This document shows, in pieces, positions 8,380-17,713 of a stretch of 64,000 bases of DNA. Position 1 is the first letter of the stretch. Each line of letters opens with the position of its first letter. Source of the stretch: Piscinibacter sp. (lineage in GTDB: Bacteria; Pseudomonadota; Gammaproteobacteria; Burkholderiales; Burkholderiaceae_C); assembly GCF_016706565.1 (NCBI RefSeq), contig NZ_JADJJI010000005.1; one strand, given 5' to 3'. The position numbers and the translations under genes are program-made. The notes below the pieces were generated by a model. The model saw nothing but the letters and a program-made list of their open reading frames with translations, was not told the DNA's origin and did no database searches.

Positions 8380-10758
8380 ATGACCACAACCCATCCCCCC
8401 ACGCGGCCGTTGCGGCTCGGCGCCATCGCGCTGGCCATCGCCGCCATGTCACTCCCGGCGCGCGCCCAGGGCGTCGCCACCGACCAGCAACTCGCGCCCG
8501 TGCTCGTCACCGGCAGCGGCGTGCGCAGCGGCCTGGCCGCCGACGTGCCCAGCAACAGCGCCAGCAAGACCGCCGAGGACCTGCGCGAGCAGAACCTCTT
8601 CAACCCGGAGGATGCGCTCAAGTACGTGCCCAACACGAGCATCCGCAAGCGCTACATCGGTGACCGCAATTCGATGATCGGCGGGCGCAGCTTCGGCACG
8701 CTGCAGCCTTCGCGCGGGCTGGCCTACGTGGACGGTTACCTGATCTCGAACTTCCTCGGCCGCTTCGACGGGCCGCGCTGGAACATGATCACGCCCGAGG
8801 CGATCGCGCGCGTCGACGTGCTCTACGGCCCCTTCTCGGCCATCTATCCCGGCAACTCGATCGGCACGACGGTCGTCACCTCGGAGCGCGAGCCGCGGGC
8901 CTTCGAGGCGTCGGCGCGCATCACCGGCTACCGGCAGCGCTTCGAGCTCTACGGCGACTCGAACGACTACGACGGCCACCAGCTCTCGGCCTTCGTCGGC
9001 AGCCGGCTCGACTCGGGCCTGTGGTACTCACTGAGCGCGAACCGGCAGAACTCCACCTCGCAGCCGATGAACTACTACACCGTGACCGCCAACGCGGCCG
9101 GCGTGTTCCCGGCGGTCACCGGCGCGGCCGTGCCGGTGACGGGCATCCAGTACGACGAAGACCCGAAGGGGCTGAAGCGCGCGGTGTTCGGCGCCAGCGG
9201 CGGCGCGATCGACCACACGGTGCAGGACACGCTCAAGCTCAAGCTGGGCTACGAGTTCACGCCCGAGATTGTCGCCAGCGCGATGCTCGGAGGCTGGACC
9301 AACGACACCCGCAACTCGAACCGCTCGTTCCTGCATGACGCGGCCGGCGCCACGGTGTGGTCGGGGCGGGTCACCGACGGCATCAACACCTTCAACGTGC
9401 CGCTCAGCGCGTTCGCCCCGTCCAACCGGGACGAGACGCATCGCCATGGCGGCATCACGCTGAAGACGAAGTACGCGACCGGCTGGAACGGCTCGGTCGT
9501 CTACTCGAACTACCGCATCGTCAGCGACATCGCGCGCCAGGCCAACCTGCCAGAAGACCAGGCGGTCAACGGCGGCGCCGGCAGCTGGACGCGGCGCGAC
9601 GGCACGGGCTGGAACACCTTCGAAGTGCAGGCCGCGTACCGGCCCAGCGAAGGCGACTTCACCGGCGGCCGCCACGCCCTGACCTTCGGCGTGCACCGCA
9701 ATGCCTACCTGCTGGACAGCCCGACCACCAACGCCACCGACTGGCGCGTCACCGAGACCACGCTCTCGCAGCGTTACCACGGCCGCAGCGAAGTGACGGC
9801 GCTGTACGCGCAGGACGCCTGGAAGCTGCAGGACGACCTGACGCTCACGCTCGGGCTGCGCCACGAGCGCTACCTCACGCGTGACGGCGAGCAGCTGCTG
9901 CGCGTGGCCAGCTGCACGACTGCCGTCGGCGTGAGCTGCGTGGACAACGGCGACGGCAGCTTCAACCGCGTGCTCGCCTACCCGGAGCGGCGCCTTTCCG
10001 GCAGCTCGCCGAAGGCCTCGATCGCCTGGCGCGCCGACGAGGACCTGCTGCTCAAGGCCAGCCTCGGCCGCGGCGTGCGCTTCCCGAACGTCGAGGAGCT
10101 CTACAACGGCACCTTCACGGCGAGTTCGCAGACGCAGAGCGATCCGAACCTGCGCGCCGAGCGCTCCAACGCCCTCGAGCTCAGCGCCGAGAAGGACTGG
10201 GATCTGCACCGGCTGCGCGTCTCGCTCTTCCACGACGACGTGCGCGACGCCATCCTCCGGCAGAGCGACAACACGGTGACGCCGAGCGTGACGCGCGTGT
10301 CCAACGTCGACCGCGTGAAGACGAGCGGGCTGGAGCTCGTCTGGCAGACGCAGGACTGGCTGCTGCGCGGGCTGAGCCTGGACGCCAACGCAGCCTTCGC
10401 GAACTCGAAGGTGACGGCCAACGCCGCCGATCCGGCCTCGGTGGGCAAGTACTGGCTGCGCGTGCCCAAGGTGCGCGCGAACCTGCTGGCCGCCTACCGG
10501 CCGAACAGCGACTGGATGGGCAGCCTGGGCATCCGCCACTCCGGCCGCGCCTACAACGACACCTACAACCTCGACATCCATCCCGATGTCTACGGGGGCG
10601 TGTCGTCGTTCACCTTCGTCGATCTGCGCGGCAGCGTGAAGCTCGCACCCAAGCTCGAACTTGCGCTTGGCGTGGACAATGCGGCCGATAGCCGCGGCTA
10701 TCAGGCGCACCCGTACCCCGGGCGCACGTTCTTCACCGAACTGCGCGCCAGCTACTGA
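8380..10758 (+). CDS. TonB-dependent receptor (OprC/NosA-like copper receptor candidate)
   Basis: Signal peptide MTTTHPPTRPLRLGAIALAIAAMSLPARAQG. Plug-domain motifs (LKYVPNTSI, IARVDVLYGP). C-terminal beta-barrel ending ...FFTELRASY. ATG at 8380 is in frame inside ORF 7795-10758. Confidence 0.9.
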   Translation: MTTTHPPTRPLRLGAIALAIAAMSLPARAQGVATDQQLAPVLVTGSGVRSGLAADVPSNSASKTAEDLREQNLFNPEDALKYVPNTSIRKRYIGDRNSMIGGRSFGTLQPSRGLAYVDGYLISNFLGRFDGPRWNMITPEAIARVDVLYGPFSAIYPGNSIGTTVVTSEREPRAFEASARITGYRQRFELYGDSNDYDGHQLSAFVGSRLDSGLWYSLSANRQNSTSQPMNYYTVTANAAGVFPAVTGAAVPVTGIQYDEDPKGLKRAVFGASGGAIDHTVQDTLKLKLGYEFTPEIVASAMLGGWTNDTRNSNRSFLHDAAGATVWSGRVTDGINTFNVPLSAFAPSNRDETHRHGGITLKTKYATGWNGSVVYSNYRIVSDIARQANLPEDQAVNGGAGSWTRRDGTGWNTFEVQAAYRPSEGDFTGGRHALTFGVHRNAYLLDSPTTNATDWRVTETTLSQRYHGRSEVTALYAQDAWKLQDDLTLTLGLRHERYLTRDGEQLLRVASCTTAVGVSCVDNGDGSFNRVLAYPERRLSGSSPKASIAWRADEDLLLKASLGRGVRFPNVEELYNGTFTASSQTQSDPNLRAERSNALELSAEKDWDLHRLRVSLFHDDVRDAILRQSDNTVTPSVTRVSNVDRVKTSGLELVWQTQDWLLRGLSLDANAAFANSKVTANAADPASVGKYWLRVPKVRANLLAAYRPNSDWMGSLGIRHSGRAYNDTYNLDIHPDVYGGVSSFTFVDLRGSVKLAPKLELALGVDNAADSRGYQAHPYPGRTFFTELRASY

Positions 10759-10766
10759 GGACGGCC

Positions 10767-11972
10767 ATGACGATTCGACTCTTTCCGGCGCGCTGGCGAA
10801 CGATAGCGCTGGCGCTGCTCGGTGCGCTGTACGCATCGGCCGCGCTCGCCCAGCACGCCGAGCATGCGCCGGCCAAGCCGAAGAAGCGCGCACCGGCGCT
10901 GGCCATGGGCGCCGCGTTCGCGCCCTCGGGCGAACTGTGGGTGGTGGCACTGGACGAGCAGCTGCGGCTGACCGTGCAGACCAGCGCCGACGAGGGCAAG
11001 ACCTGGGCAGCGCCGCGCGTGCTCGCGCGCGGCGACGATGCGATCTCGGCCGACGGCGAGAACCGGCCGAAGATCGCCTTCGGACCGAGCGGCCAGGTGG
11101 TGATCAGCTACACCCAGCCGCTGGCCAGGCCCTACACCGGCGCCATCCGCATGCTGCGCTCGACTGACGGCGGGCGCAGCTTCTCGGCGCCGTTCACGGT
11201 GCATGCGGACCGGCAGGTGATCACGCACCGCTTCGAATCGATCGCCTTCGATGCGCAGGGAACCCTGCACACGCTCTGGGTCGACAAGCGCGACCTCGAG
11301 GCCGCGGCGTCGAAGAAGGACTACCGTGGCGCCGCGATCTACCGCAACGAGTCGCGCGACGGCGGCGCGAGCTTCGGGCCGGACATCAAGCTGGCCGAGC
11401 ACTCCTGCGAGTGCTGCCGCATCGCCCTGGCGCCGTCGCCCGATGGCCGTCTGGCCGCGATGTGGCGCCATGTGTTCACGCCGAACCAGCGCGACCACGC
11501 TTTCGCGCTGCTCGGCGAGGCGCCGAAGGCCGAGCCGGTGCGCGCCAGCCAGGACCGCTGGGCGGTCGACGCCTGCCCGCACCACGGGCCGGGCCTGACG
11601 CCAGCCGCGCAGGGGGGCTACCACGCTGTGTGGTTCGGAGAACGCGCCGGTGTGGCGGCAGCGCGCTACGGCCGTCTCGCGGCCGACGGCTCGCCGCAGG
11701 GCGAGGCGCAGCCACTGCCAGACGAAGGGGCCGAACATGCCGACTTGATCAGTGCCGGCGCGACGCTCGCCATCGTCTGGCGCAGCTACGATGGCCAGGC
11801 CACGCGCTTGCGCGCCTGGCTCTCGCGCGACGACGGCCGCAGTTTCTCGCTGCAGGAGCTCGATGCGAGCCCTGACGACAACGACCATCCCCGCCTCGTC
11901 CGCCGTGGCGAGAGGCTCTTCGCGCTGTGGCGCACCACGAAAGGCATCCATGTCCACGCTCTGCTTCCCTAA
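10767..11972 (+). CDS. Secreted BNR/Asp-box beta-propeller (sialidase-fold) protein with Cys/His motifs
   Basis: Signal peptide and GAGGA RBS. Four Asp-box repeats (SADEGKTW, STDGGRSF, SRDGGASF, SRDDGRSF). CECC and DACPHHGPG motifs. Confidence 0.75.
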   Translation: MTIRLFPARWRTIALALLGALYASAALAQHAEHAPAKPKKRAPALAMGAAFAPSGELWVVALDEQLRLTVQTSADEGKTWAAPRVLARGDDAISADGENRPKIAFGPSGQVVISYTQPLARPYTGAIRMLRSTDGGRSFSAPFTVHADRQVITHRFESIAFDAQGTLHTLWVDKRDLEAAASKKDYRGAAIYRNESRDGGASFGPDIKLAEHSCECCRIALAPSPDGRLAAMWRHVFTPNQRDHAFALLGEAPKAEPVRASQDRWAVDACPHHGPGLTPAAQGGYHAVWFGERAGVAAARYGRLAADGSPQGEAQPLPDEGAEHADLISAGATLAIVWRSYDGQATRLRAWLSRDDGRSFSLQELDASPDDNDHPRLVRRGERLFALWRTTKGIHVHALLP

Positions 11973-12444
11973 GTTGGCCGCGGCGGCGGGCCTGATCGCG
12001 CTGGTCGCCGGCTGGCAGGTGGCGGCCGCGCCGCGCGGCATCGAGCCGTTTGCTGCCGGCACCTGGGGCGCGCTGCAGTCGTCGCTGAAGAAGCCTGCGC
12101 TGGTGGTGTTCTCGTCCACCAGCTGCGGCAACTGCCCGGCGGTGATGGAGCAGCTGTCCGCCGAGCTGCGCCGCCGCCATGTCGACGGCACGCTGATGGC
12201 CGTGGTCACCGACATGGCGCCCGGCGAAGACGATGCCCACCTGCTCCGGCAGGCGCACTACCGCGTCGCCGAGCGCCTGTTCGCCTTCGACGGCCAGGCC
12301 CCGGCATTGCGCCACGCGGTCAACCCCGCGTGGCGCGGGGCCACGCCCTATGTCGGCCTGCTCGTGCCGGGGCAGCCTGTGCGTTGGGTGACCGGTGCAC
12401 CCTCGGCGGCTGACCTGGACGCCTGGGCTGCGGCCCGCCGCTGA
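11950..12444 (+). CDS. Thioredoxin-fold (TlpA/Sco-like) periplasmic protein
   Basis: ATG at 11950 overlaps the previous gene by 23 nt. Signal/anchor MSTLCFPKLAAAAGLIALVAG. CxxC motif in VVFSSTSCGNCPAV. Confidence 0.65.
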   Translation: MSTLCFPKLAAAAGLIALVAGWQVAAAPRGIEPFAAGTWGALQSSLKKPALVVFSSTSCGNCPAVMEQLSAELRRRHVDGTLMAVVTDMAPGEDDAHLLRQAHYRVAERLFAFDGQAPALRHAVNPAWRGATPYVGLLVPGQPVRWVTGAPSAADLDAWAAARR

Positions 12445-12478
12445 GTCCTGTTTCGTTTCAACCTGTGGAGAGACTCCA

Positions 12479-12940
12479 ATGAAGACCCTTCGAATCAACC
12501 TCCTGGCCGCAATGGCCTTCGTGTCGGTGGCCGCTTCGGCCCAGACCACCGTCAAGGACGCCTGGGTGCGCGGCACCGTCGCGCCGCAGAAGGCCACCGG
12601 CGCTTTCATGCAAATCACCTCGGCGCAGGGCGGCAAGCTCGTCTCGGCGCAGTCGCCGGTGGCCGGCGTGACCGAAGTGCATGAGATGGCGATGGACGGC
12701 AACGTGATGAAGATGCGTGCCGTTCCGGCGCTCGAGCTGCCGGCCGGCAAGGCCGTCGAACTCAAGCCTGGCGGCTACCACGTGATGCTGATGGACCTGA
12801 AGCAGCCGCTGCAGGACGGCGAGAGCGTGCCGCTCACGCTGGTCGTCGAGGGCAAGGACGGCAAGCGCGAAACGCTGGAGCTGAAGGTGCCCGTGAAGGC
12901 CCTGTCGGCAGCCAAGCCCATGGCCGATCACAAGCACTGA
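12479..12940 (+). CDS. Copper chaperone PCu(A)C (DUF461)
   Basis: Signal peptide, then an exact H-X10-M-X21-H-X-M pattern (VHEMAMDGNVMKM...GGYHVM). GGAGAGA RBS. C-terminal tail MADHKH. Confidence 0.9.
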   Translation: MKTLRINLLAAMAFVSVAASAQTTVKDAWVRGTVAPQKATGAFMQITSAQGGKLVSAQSPVAGVTEVHEMAMDGNVMKMRAVPALELPAGKAVELKPGGYHVMLMDLKQPLQDGESVPLTLVVEGKDGKRETLELKVPVKALSAAKPMADHKH

Positions 12941-12983
12941 GGCGCATCGAAGCCTGCCCTGCCCCCTGCAACCAGGAGAACCG

Positions 12984-13433
12984 ATGCAAATGCACAGACG
13001 ATTCATGCTGGGGCTGGCCTTGCTGGTGTCCTGCGCCAGCTTGCCGGTGCACGCTGCAGACGATCCGGCGGCCATCCGCCAGGCCCTGATGCAGGCCTTC
13101 GACAAGCCCGAGGCGCGCCTAAGCGTGGAGCCCGTCGTGGTGGTCGGCCAGCATGCCGTGGCCGGCTGGGCTCAGGGTGAGCGGGGCGGTCGCGCCCTGC
13201 TCTACCGCCACGGCACGACGTGGCAGATCGCTGCGTGCGCCGGTGATGCGCTCAAGGATGCGAAGGGGCTGCGCGAGGCGGGTGTCGGCCCGGCCGATGC
13301 CGATGCACTGGGCAAGGCGATCGGCGAAGCCGAGGCGAAGTTGCCCGCCGGGCTGCGGGCCAGGTTCGCCAGCTTCGACGGGTTCGTGCGCATGGATCCG
13401 AACGGCCAGCACCCGCCGCAACACAAGCACTGA
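12984..13433 (+). CDS. Secreted hypothetical protein with His-rich tail (copper-uptake-operon associated)
   Basis: Signal peptide MQMHRRFMLGLALLVSCASLPVHA, AGGAGAA RBS, C-terminal HPPQHKH. Co-oriented, 43 nt after PCuAC. Confidence 0.7.
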   Translation: MQMHRRFMLGLALLVSCASLPVHAADDPAAIRQALMQAFDKPEARLSVEPVVVVGQHAVAGWAQGERGGRALLYRHGTTWQIAACAGDALKDAKGLREAGVGPADADALGKAIGEAEAKLPAGLRARFASFDGFVRMDPNGQHPPQHKH

Positions 13434-13436
13434 GCG

Positions 13437-14009
13437 TCAGCGGGCGAGGGCCTTCAGCGCGAGCTTGATGCCCTCGCTCACGCCGACCTCCTTCGGCAGG
13501 GCCTTCAGCGCGGCCGCGGCCTCGCGATCGCTGTAGCCGAGTGCCACCAGCGCCTGCAGGATGTCGGCCTGCGCATCGCCCTGCACTGCGGCCGGTGCGC
13601 TCAAGGCGTCGCCGAGCTTGCCCTTGAGTTCGAGCAGCAGCCGCTCGGCGGTCTTCTTGCCGATGCCCGGCACCTTCACCAGCCGGCCGGTCTCCTGCAG
13701 GCTGACCGCCTGCGCGAGTTCGGCGACGCTCAGGCCCGACAGGATCGACAGCGCAGTGCGCGGCCCCACGCCGGAGATCTTCACGAGCTGGCGAAAGGTG
13801 CTGCGCTCCTCGTGCGTGAGGAATCCGAACAGCACCTGCGCGTCCTCGCGCACCACGAAGTGGGTCAGCAGCGTGACGCGCTCGCCGAGGGCCGGCAGGT
13901 TGTAGAAGCTGCTCATCGGCACGTCGACTTCGTAGCCGACGCCGTTGACATCGACGAGCAGTTGCGGCGGGTTCTTCTCCGCGAGGGTTCCGGTCAGGCG
14001 TCCGATCAT
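13437..14009 (-). CDS. ruvA: Holliday junction DNA helicase subunit RuvA
   Basis: MIGRLTGTL...VNGVGYEV... with helix-hairpin-helix motifs ([21 protein letters not shown]). Confidence 0.95.
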   Translation of the reverse strand: MIGRLTGTLAEKNPPQLLVDVNGVGYEVDVPMSSFYNLPALGERVTLLTHFVVREDAQVLFGFLTHEERSTFRQLVKISGVGPRTALSILSGLSVAELAQAVSLQETGRLVKVPGIGKKTAERLLLELKGKLGDALSAPAAVQGDAQADILQALVALGYSDREAAAALKALPKEVGVSEGIKLALKALAR

Positions 14010-14037
14010 GGGCGGGGATTATCCCGCCCGATCGCGC

Positions 14038-14694
14038 TCAGCGGCTTCTTCCGAACAAGCCCAGGCGCTGCGCTTCCAGCGCCGCCTCGGCACGCGAGCT
14101 CACGTTGAGCTTGCGGTAGATCTGCTTCACGTAGTCGGCGATGGTGTGGCGCGACAGGTTGAGCTGCACGCCGATCTCGGGCAGCGTGAAGCCCTTGGCC
14201 ACGCGCAGCAGCACCTCGTTCTCGCGGTCGGTGAGTTGCACGTGCGGGATCGTGTCCTTGGCCTGTGGCCGGGCCTGTGCCGCGAAATAGGCGATGACGC
14301 GGCGCGCGATCGACGGAGACAGCGGCGGCTCGCCCTGGCTCATGCGGTTGAGCTGCTCTGCGATCAGCTCGCGCGCCTGCTCCTTGAGCACGTAGCCGAA
14401 GGCGCCGGCCTGCAGCGCGGGGAACAGGTGCTCGTCGTCGTCGTGGATGGTGACCACCACCGACTGCGCCTCGGGCTGCTGCTCGCGCAGCGCCGCGACC
14501 ACGTCGACGCCCGAGCCATCGGGCAGGCCGAGATCGACGAGGGCCAGATCGAACTTGACCGCGCTGACGAGCTCGAGCGCATCGTGGACACGCGCCGCCT
14601 CGGAGATCTGTGCCTGCGGGAACACCTGGTGGACCAGCACCTTCAGCCAGGCGCGGATCTCGGGCAGGTCTTCGAGCAGAAGAATGTTGCTCAT
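14038..14694 (-). CDS. LuxR/NarL family response regulator
   Basis: Receiver domain (LLLEDL...DLALVDLGLPDGSG) plus a LuxR HTH (LTDRENEVLLRVAKGFTLPEIGVQLNLSRHTIADYVKQIYRKL). Confidence 0.9.
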   Translation of the reverse strand: MSNILLLEDLPEIRAWLKVLVHQVFPQAQISEAARVHDALELVSAVKFDLALVDLGLPDGSGVDVVAALREQQPEAQSVVVTIHDDDEHLFPALQAGAFGYVLKEQARELIAEQLNRMSQGEPPLSPSIARRVIAYFAAQARPQAKDTIPHVQLTDRENEVLLRVAKGFTLPEIGVQLNLSRHTIADYVKQIYRKLNVSSRAEAALEAQRLGLFGRSR

Positions 14695-14740
14695 GGTGAG
14701 TCCTCACTCGGGGCGCAAAGGCACCCGCTCGAGGATCCTA

Positions 14741-16624
14741 TCAGCGCGCAGGCGCGGCAGGGGCCTCGGGCCCGAGGGGCAACGTGAGCCTTATCACGGT
14801 GCCATAGCCCGGCCCGGACTCGACGAGGCACTGGCCCTGCATCTGCTTGGCGCGGTGCTTCATGCTCGACATGCCGTGGCCTCGGTCGAGCTTGCCGTCG
14901 AGCTCCATCGGGATGCCCTTGCCGTTGTCCTGGATGTTGAGGCCGAACTGCAGGCCCGAGATCGCGCAACGCACCTTCACGTGCGAGGCACCGCTGTGCT
15001 TGATGATGTTGCTCACCGCCTCGCGCAGGATGCGCGTGGTCTGCACGAAGCCGCGCGCGGGAAGCACCTGGTCGGTGTCTTCGGCCAGGCTCTTCCAGTC
15101 GATCTCGACGTTGGCCTGGCCCAGGCGCATCACTGTCTCCGCACGCCAATCGGCCAGTGCGTCGGACAGCCGCACCGGCCGGCCGGTCAGGCCGCGCACC
15201 GACAGGCGCATTTCCTCGAGGGCTTCTCGCGCCAGCGTGGAGATGCGCTCGCTCTCGCTGGTGTGCACGATGGTGAGCAGCTTGGCGCCGAGGTCGTCGT
15301 GCAGGTCGGCGGCGATGCGCTTGCGCTCCTTCTCGGTGACCTGCTCGATGCGCAACTCGGCGAGCTGGGCGTGGTTGCGCTCGATCTCGGCGGTGATCTC
15401 GCGCACGCGCGCATCCATGTTGAAGCGCGAGGCGTCGGGGGCCGCTGCCGCGCTCGCCCGCCGGACCACCAGGCGCACCCCGAAGGCGATCAGGATCAGC
15501 GGCAGCAGGATCTGCATGCGCGGGGCCGGCGGCAGGGCGAGCCAGCCGCGCTGAACGGCCATCTCCACGGCCAGCGCGATGGCTGCCGCAGCCAGCGTGA
15601 TCGCCATCGGCCAGAACTCGCTGCGCTGGTCGCGCCAGCTGATGTGCAGGTGCAGCAGCATGGCACCGAGCGTCTCGGCGGCCAGCACGACATACCAGGC
15701 GCCGGTCATGCCGAACAGCCGGCCCGGCCCGGCCAGCAGCAGGCTCATCGGCAGCACCACGCATTGGGCCAGCAGGGCCGCCTCGATCATGCGCGAGCGC
15801 ACCCCGGCATAGCTGAGCAGGAACTGGACGGCGAGCGCCAGGATCGGCGTGAACGACAGGCAGATCAGGAACTCGACGGTCGCGTTGTCCAGCGGCACTT
15901 CGCGCCACCACAGCCGTGCCGAGACGAGGGCCCAGCCGATGGCCATCAGGCCGTAGTAACCCATCGGCGCATCGCGCCGGTTCACCCAGGCCAGCGCCGT
16001 CATCACGATGCCGAGCATGCCCAGGGCAAGGCTGGCGATCTGCACGGCGGTCACGTTCCAGAACAGCGTGTCGGCGTGCAACGCGGCCAGTTCGTCGTAG
16101 GCGCCCACACGAAGTTCCGACAGGCCGCCGGCACGCTCGCGCGCGGCCACACGCTGGAGAGCGTGGCCGCGTACATGCAGGTCGAGAACGTTGCCCTGGG
16201 ACAGCACCAGCCCACCCGGCAGCGACACCAGCTGCGGGTAGTGGCAGTTGCGCGCCACCGGGTCGGCCATCCGGCCGCCGCTGTGGATGCGCCGACCGTT
16301 CAGGAACACGTCGAGATTGCTGCAGGCGCGAGGAACGTACAGGGCGAGCAGGTCGGTGCGGTCCAGCGACGGCCCCGGATTGAAGTTGACGCGATACCAG
16401 ACGCCGCCATCGTGCCGGGGTTGCGAGTCCGACCAGTCGTCGGGCAGCGAGACGGTGATGGCCGAGGGGTCGCCTTCCGGAAAGCGCTCGGCATTGCTGG
16501 CCACCGACAGCGCCTGCGTGATCAGTTGCGTCGGCGGCGGTGCGGCCACCGCAGGCCAGGCCGTGGCCAGCACGGCCGCGCACAGCAGGCGCGCGGCGAG
16601 CCGGAGCAGGGCGACAGCGTTCAT
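14741..16624 (-). CDS. Sensor histidine kinase, 7TMR-DISM type (HisKA_3/HATPase)
   Basis: Signal peptide plus a periplasmic domain, then about 7 TM helices. H-box ERKRIAADLHDDLGAKL. N and G boxes (EAVSNIIKHSGA, DNGKGI). ATG at 16624 (MNAVALLRL) lies within ORF 14741-16699. Confidence 0.85.
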   Translation of the reverse strand: MNAVALLRLAARLLCAAVLATAWPAVAAPPPTQLITQALSVASNAERFPEGDPSAITVSLPDDWSDSQPRHDGGVWYRVNFNPGPSLDRTDLLALYVPRACSNLDVFLNGRRIHSGGRMADPVARNCHYPQLVSLPGGLVLSQGNVLDLHVRGHALQRVAARERAGGLSELRVGAYDELAALHADTLFWNVTAVQIASLALGMLGIVMTALAWVNRRDAPMGYYGLMAIGWALVSARLWWREVPLDNATVEFLICLSFTPILALAVQFLLSYAGVRSRMIEAALLAQCVVLPMSLLLAGPGRLFGMTGAWYVVLAAETLGAMLLHLHISWRDQRSEFWPMAITLAAAAIALAVEMAVQRGWLALPPAPRMQILLPLILIAFGVRLVVRRASAAAAPDASRFNMDARVREITAEIERNHAQLAELRIEQVTEKERKRIAADLHDDLGAKLLTIVHTSESERISTLAREALEEMRLSVRGLTGRPVRLSDALADWRAETVMRLGQANVEIDWKSLAEDTDQVLPARGFVQTTRILREAVSNIIKHSGASHVKVRCAISGLQFGLNIQDNGKGIPMELDGKLDRGHGMSSMKHRAKQMQGQCLVESGPGYGTVIRLTLPLGPEAPAAPAR

Positions 16625-16728
16625 CGGCGGCGATTGTGCAGGATGCTCGCCTGCCCGGCGCGGTCGGATGGCACGCTCGCACGCCGGTTGGGGCGACAAT
16701 CGCCGCTTTGCCGCAGCGCCGCTTGCCC

Positions 16729-17712
16729 GTGATCCTTCGCCACGCCTTCATCCCGCCCGACAACGCGCGTTTGTCGCACCTGTGCGGCAGTCTCGACGAG
16801 CACCTGCGCAGCATCGAGGCCGCGCTGGACGTGACGATCACGCGCCGCAACGAGTCCTTCCGCGTCGAAGGCGGCAAGCGCCAGGCCGAGCGGGCGGTGC
16901 TGCTGCTGCAGTCGCTGTACGACCGGGCTCGCCGCGCCATCCCCGCCGAGCAGGTGCAGCTGGCGCTGGTCGAGGCCATGGCCGACCTGCGGCCGGCGGC
17001 CGCGCTGCGCGCCGCCACCGCGGCCGACGCCGCCGCGCCGGACGACGAGATCGTGCTGCACACGCGCCGCACCGATCTGGCGGGCCGGACGCCGAACCAG
17101 CTCACCTACCTGCGCAACATCCTCGCGCACGACATCACCTTCGGCATCGGCCCGGCCGGCACCGGCAAGACCTTCCTGGCCGTGGCCTGCGCCGTCGATG
17201 CGCTGGAGCGCAGCCAGGTGCAGCGCATCATCCTGACGCGCCCGGCGGTCGAGGCCGGCGAGCGCCTGGGCTTCCTGCCCGGCGACCTGGCACAGAAGGT
17301 CGACCCCTATCTGCGCCCCTTGTACGACGCGCTGTACGACCTGATGGGCTTCGACCGCGTCACCAAGGCCTTCGAGAAGGCCACGCTGGAGATCGCGCCG
17401 CTGGCTTTCATGCGCGGGCGCACGCTGAACCACGCCTTCGTGATCCTCGACGAGGCGCAGAACACGACGCCGGAGCAGATGAAGATGTTCCTCACCCGCA
17501 TCGGCTTCGGCGCGAAGGCGGTGGTGACCGGCGACGTCAGCCAGGTCGACCTGCCGCGTGGCAGCGCCAGCGGCCTGATCGACGCCGAGCGTGTGCTGCG
17601 CCGCGTGCGCGGCATTGCCACGACACGCTTCACCTCGGCCGATGTGGTGCGCCACCCGCTGGTGGCGCGCATCGTCGAGGCTTACGACGCAGCTCGCTCC
17701 GACGACAACTGA
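16729..17712 (+). CDS. phoH: PhoH family ATPase
   Basis: Walker [29 protein letters not shown]. The start is uncertain. GTG at 16729 was chosen because the upstream part of ORF 16540-17712 overlaps the divergent kinase gene. Confidence 0.85.
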   Translation: MILRHAFIPPDNARLSHLCGSLDEHLRSIEAALDVTITRRNESFRVEGGKRQAERAVLLLQSLYDRARRAIPAEQVQLALVEAMADLRPAAALRAATAADAAAPDDEIVLHTRRTDLAGRTPNQLTYLRNILAHDITFGIGPAGTGKTFLAVACAVDALERSQVQRIILTRPAVEAGERLGFLPGDLAQKVDPYLRPLYDALYDLMGFDRVTKAFEKATLEIAPLAFMRGRTLNHAFVILDEAQNTTPEQMKMFLTRIGFGAKAVVTGDVSQVDLPRGSASGLIDAERVLRRVRGIATTRFTSADVVRHPLVARIVEAYDAARSDDN

Positions 17713-17713
17713 G

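Noticed and set aside
7787-13436. The copper operon as a horizontally acquired genomic island or mobile element.
   Set aside because: I saw no integrase, transposase, flanking direct repeats or tRNA attachment site. By eye, GC and codon style match the flanking ruv genes. The region is reported only as a synteny and transcription-geometry oddity.
14691-17105. 804-aa ORF spanning the histidine kinase locus in another frame.
   Set aside because: The in-frame kinase (14741-16624) has clear H, N and G boxes and TM helices. The 804-aa product is low-complexity Arg/Ala/Pro sequence.
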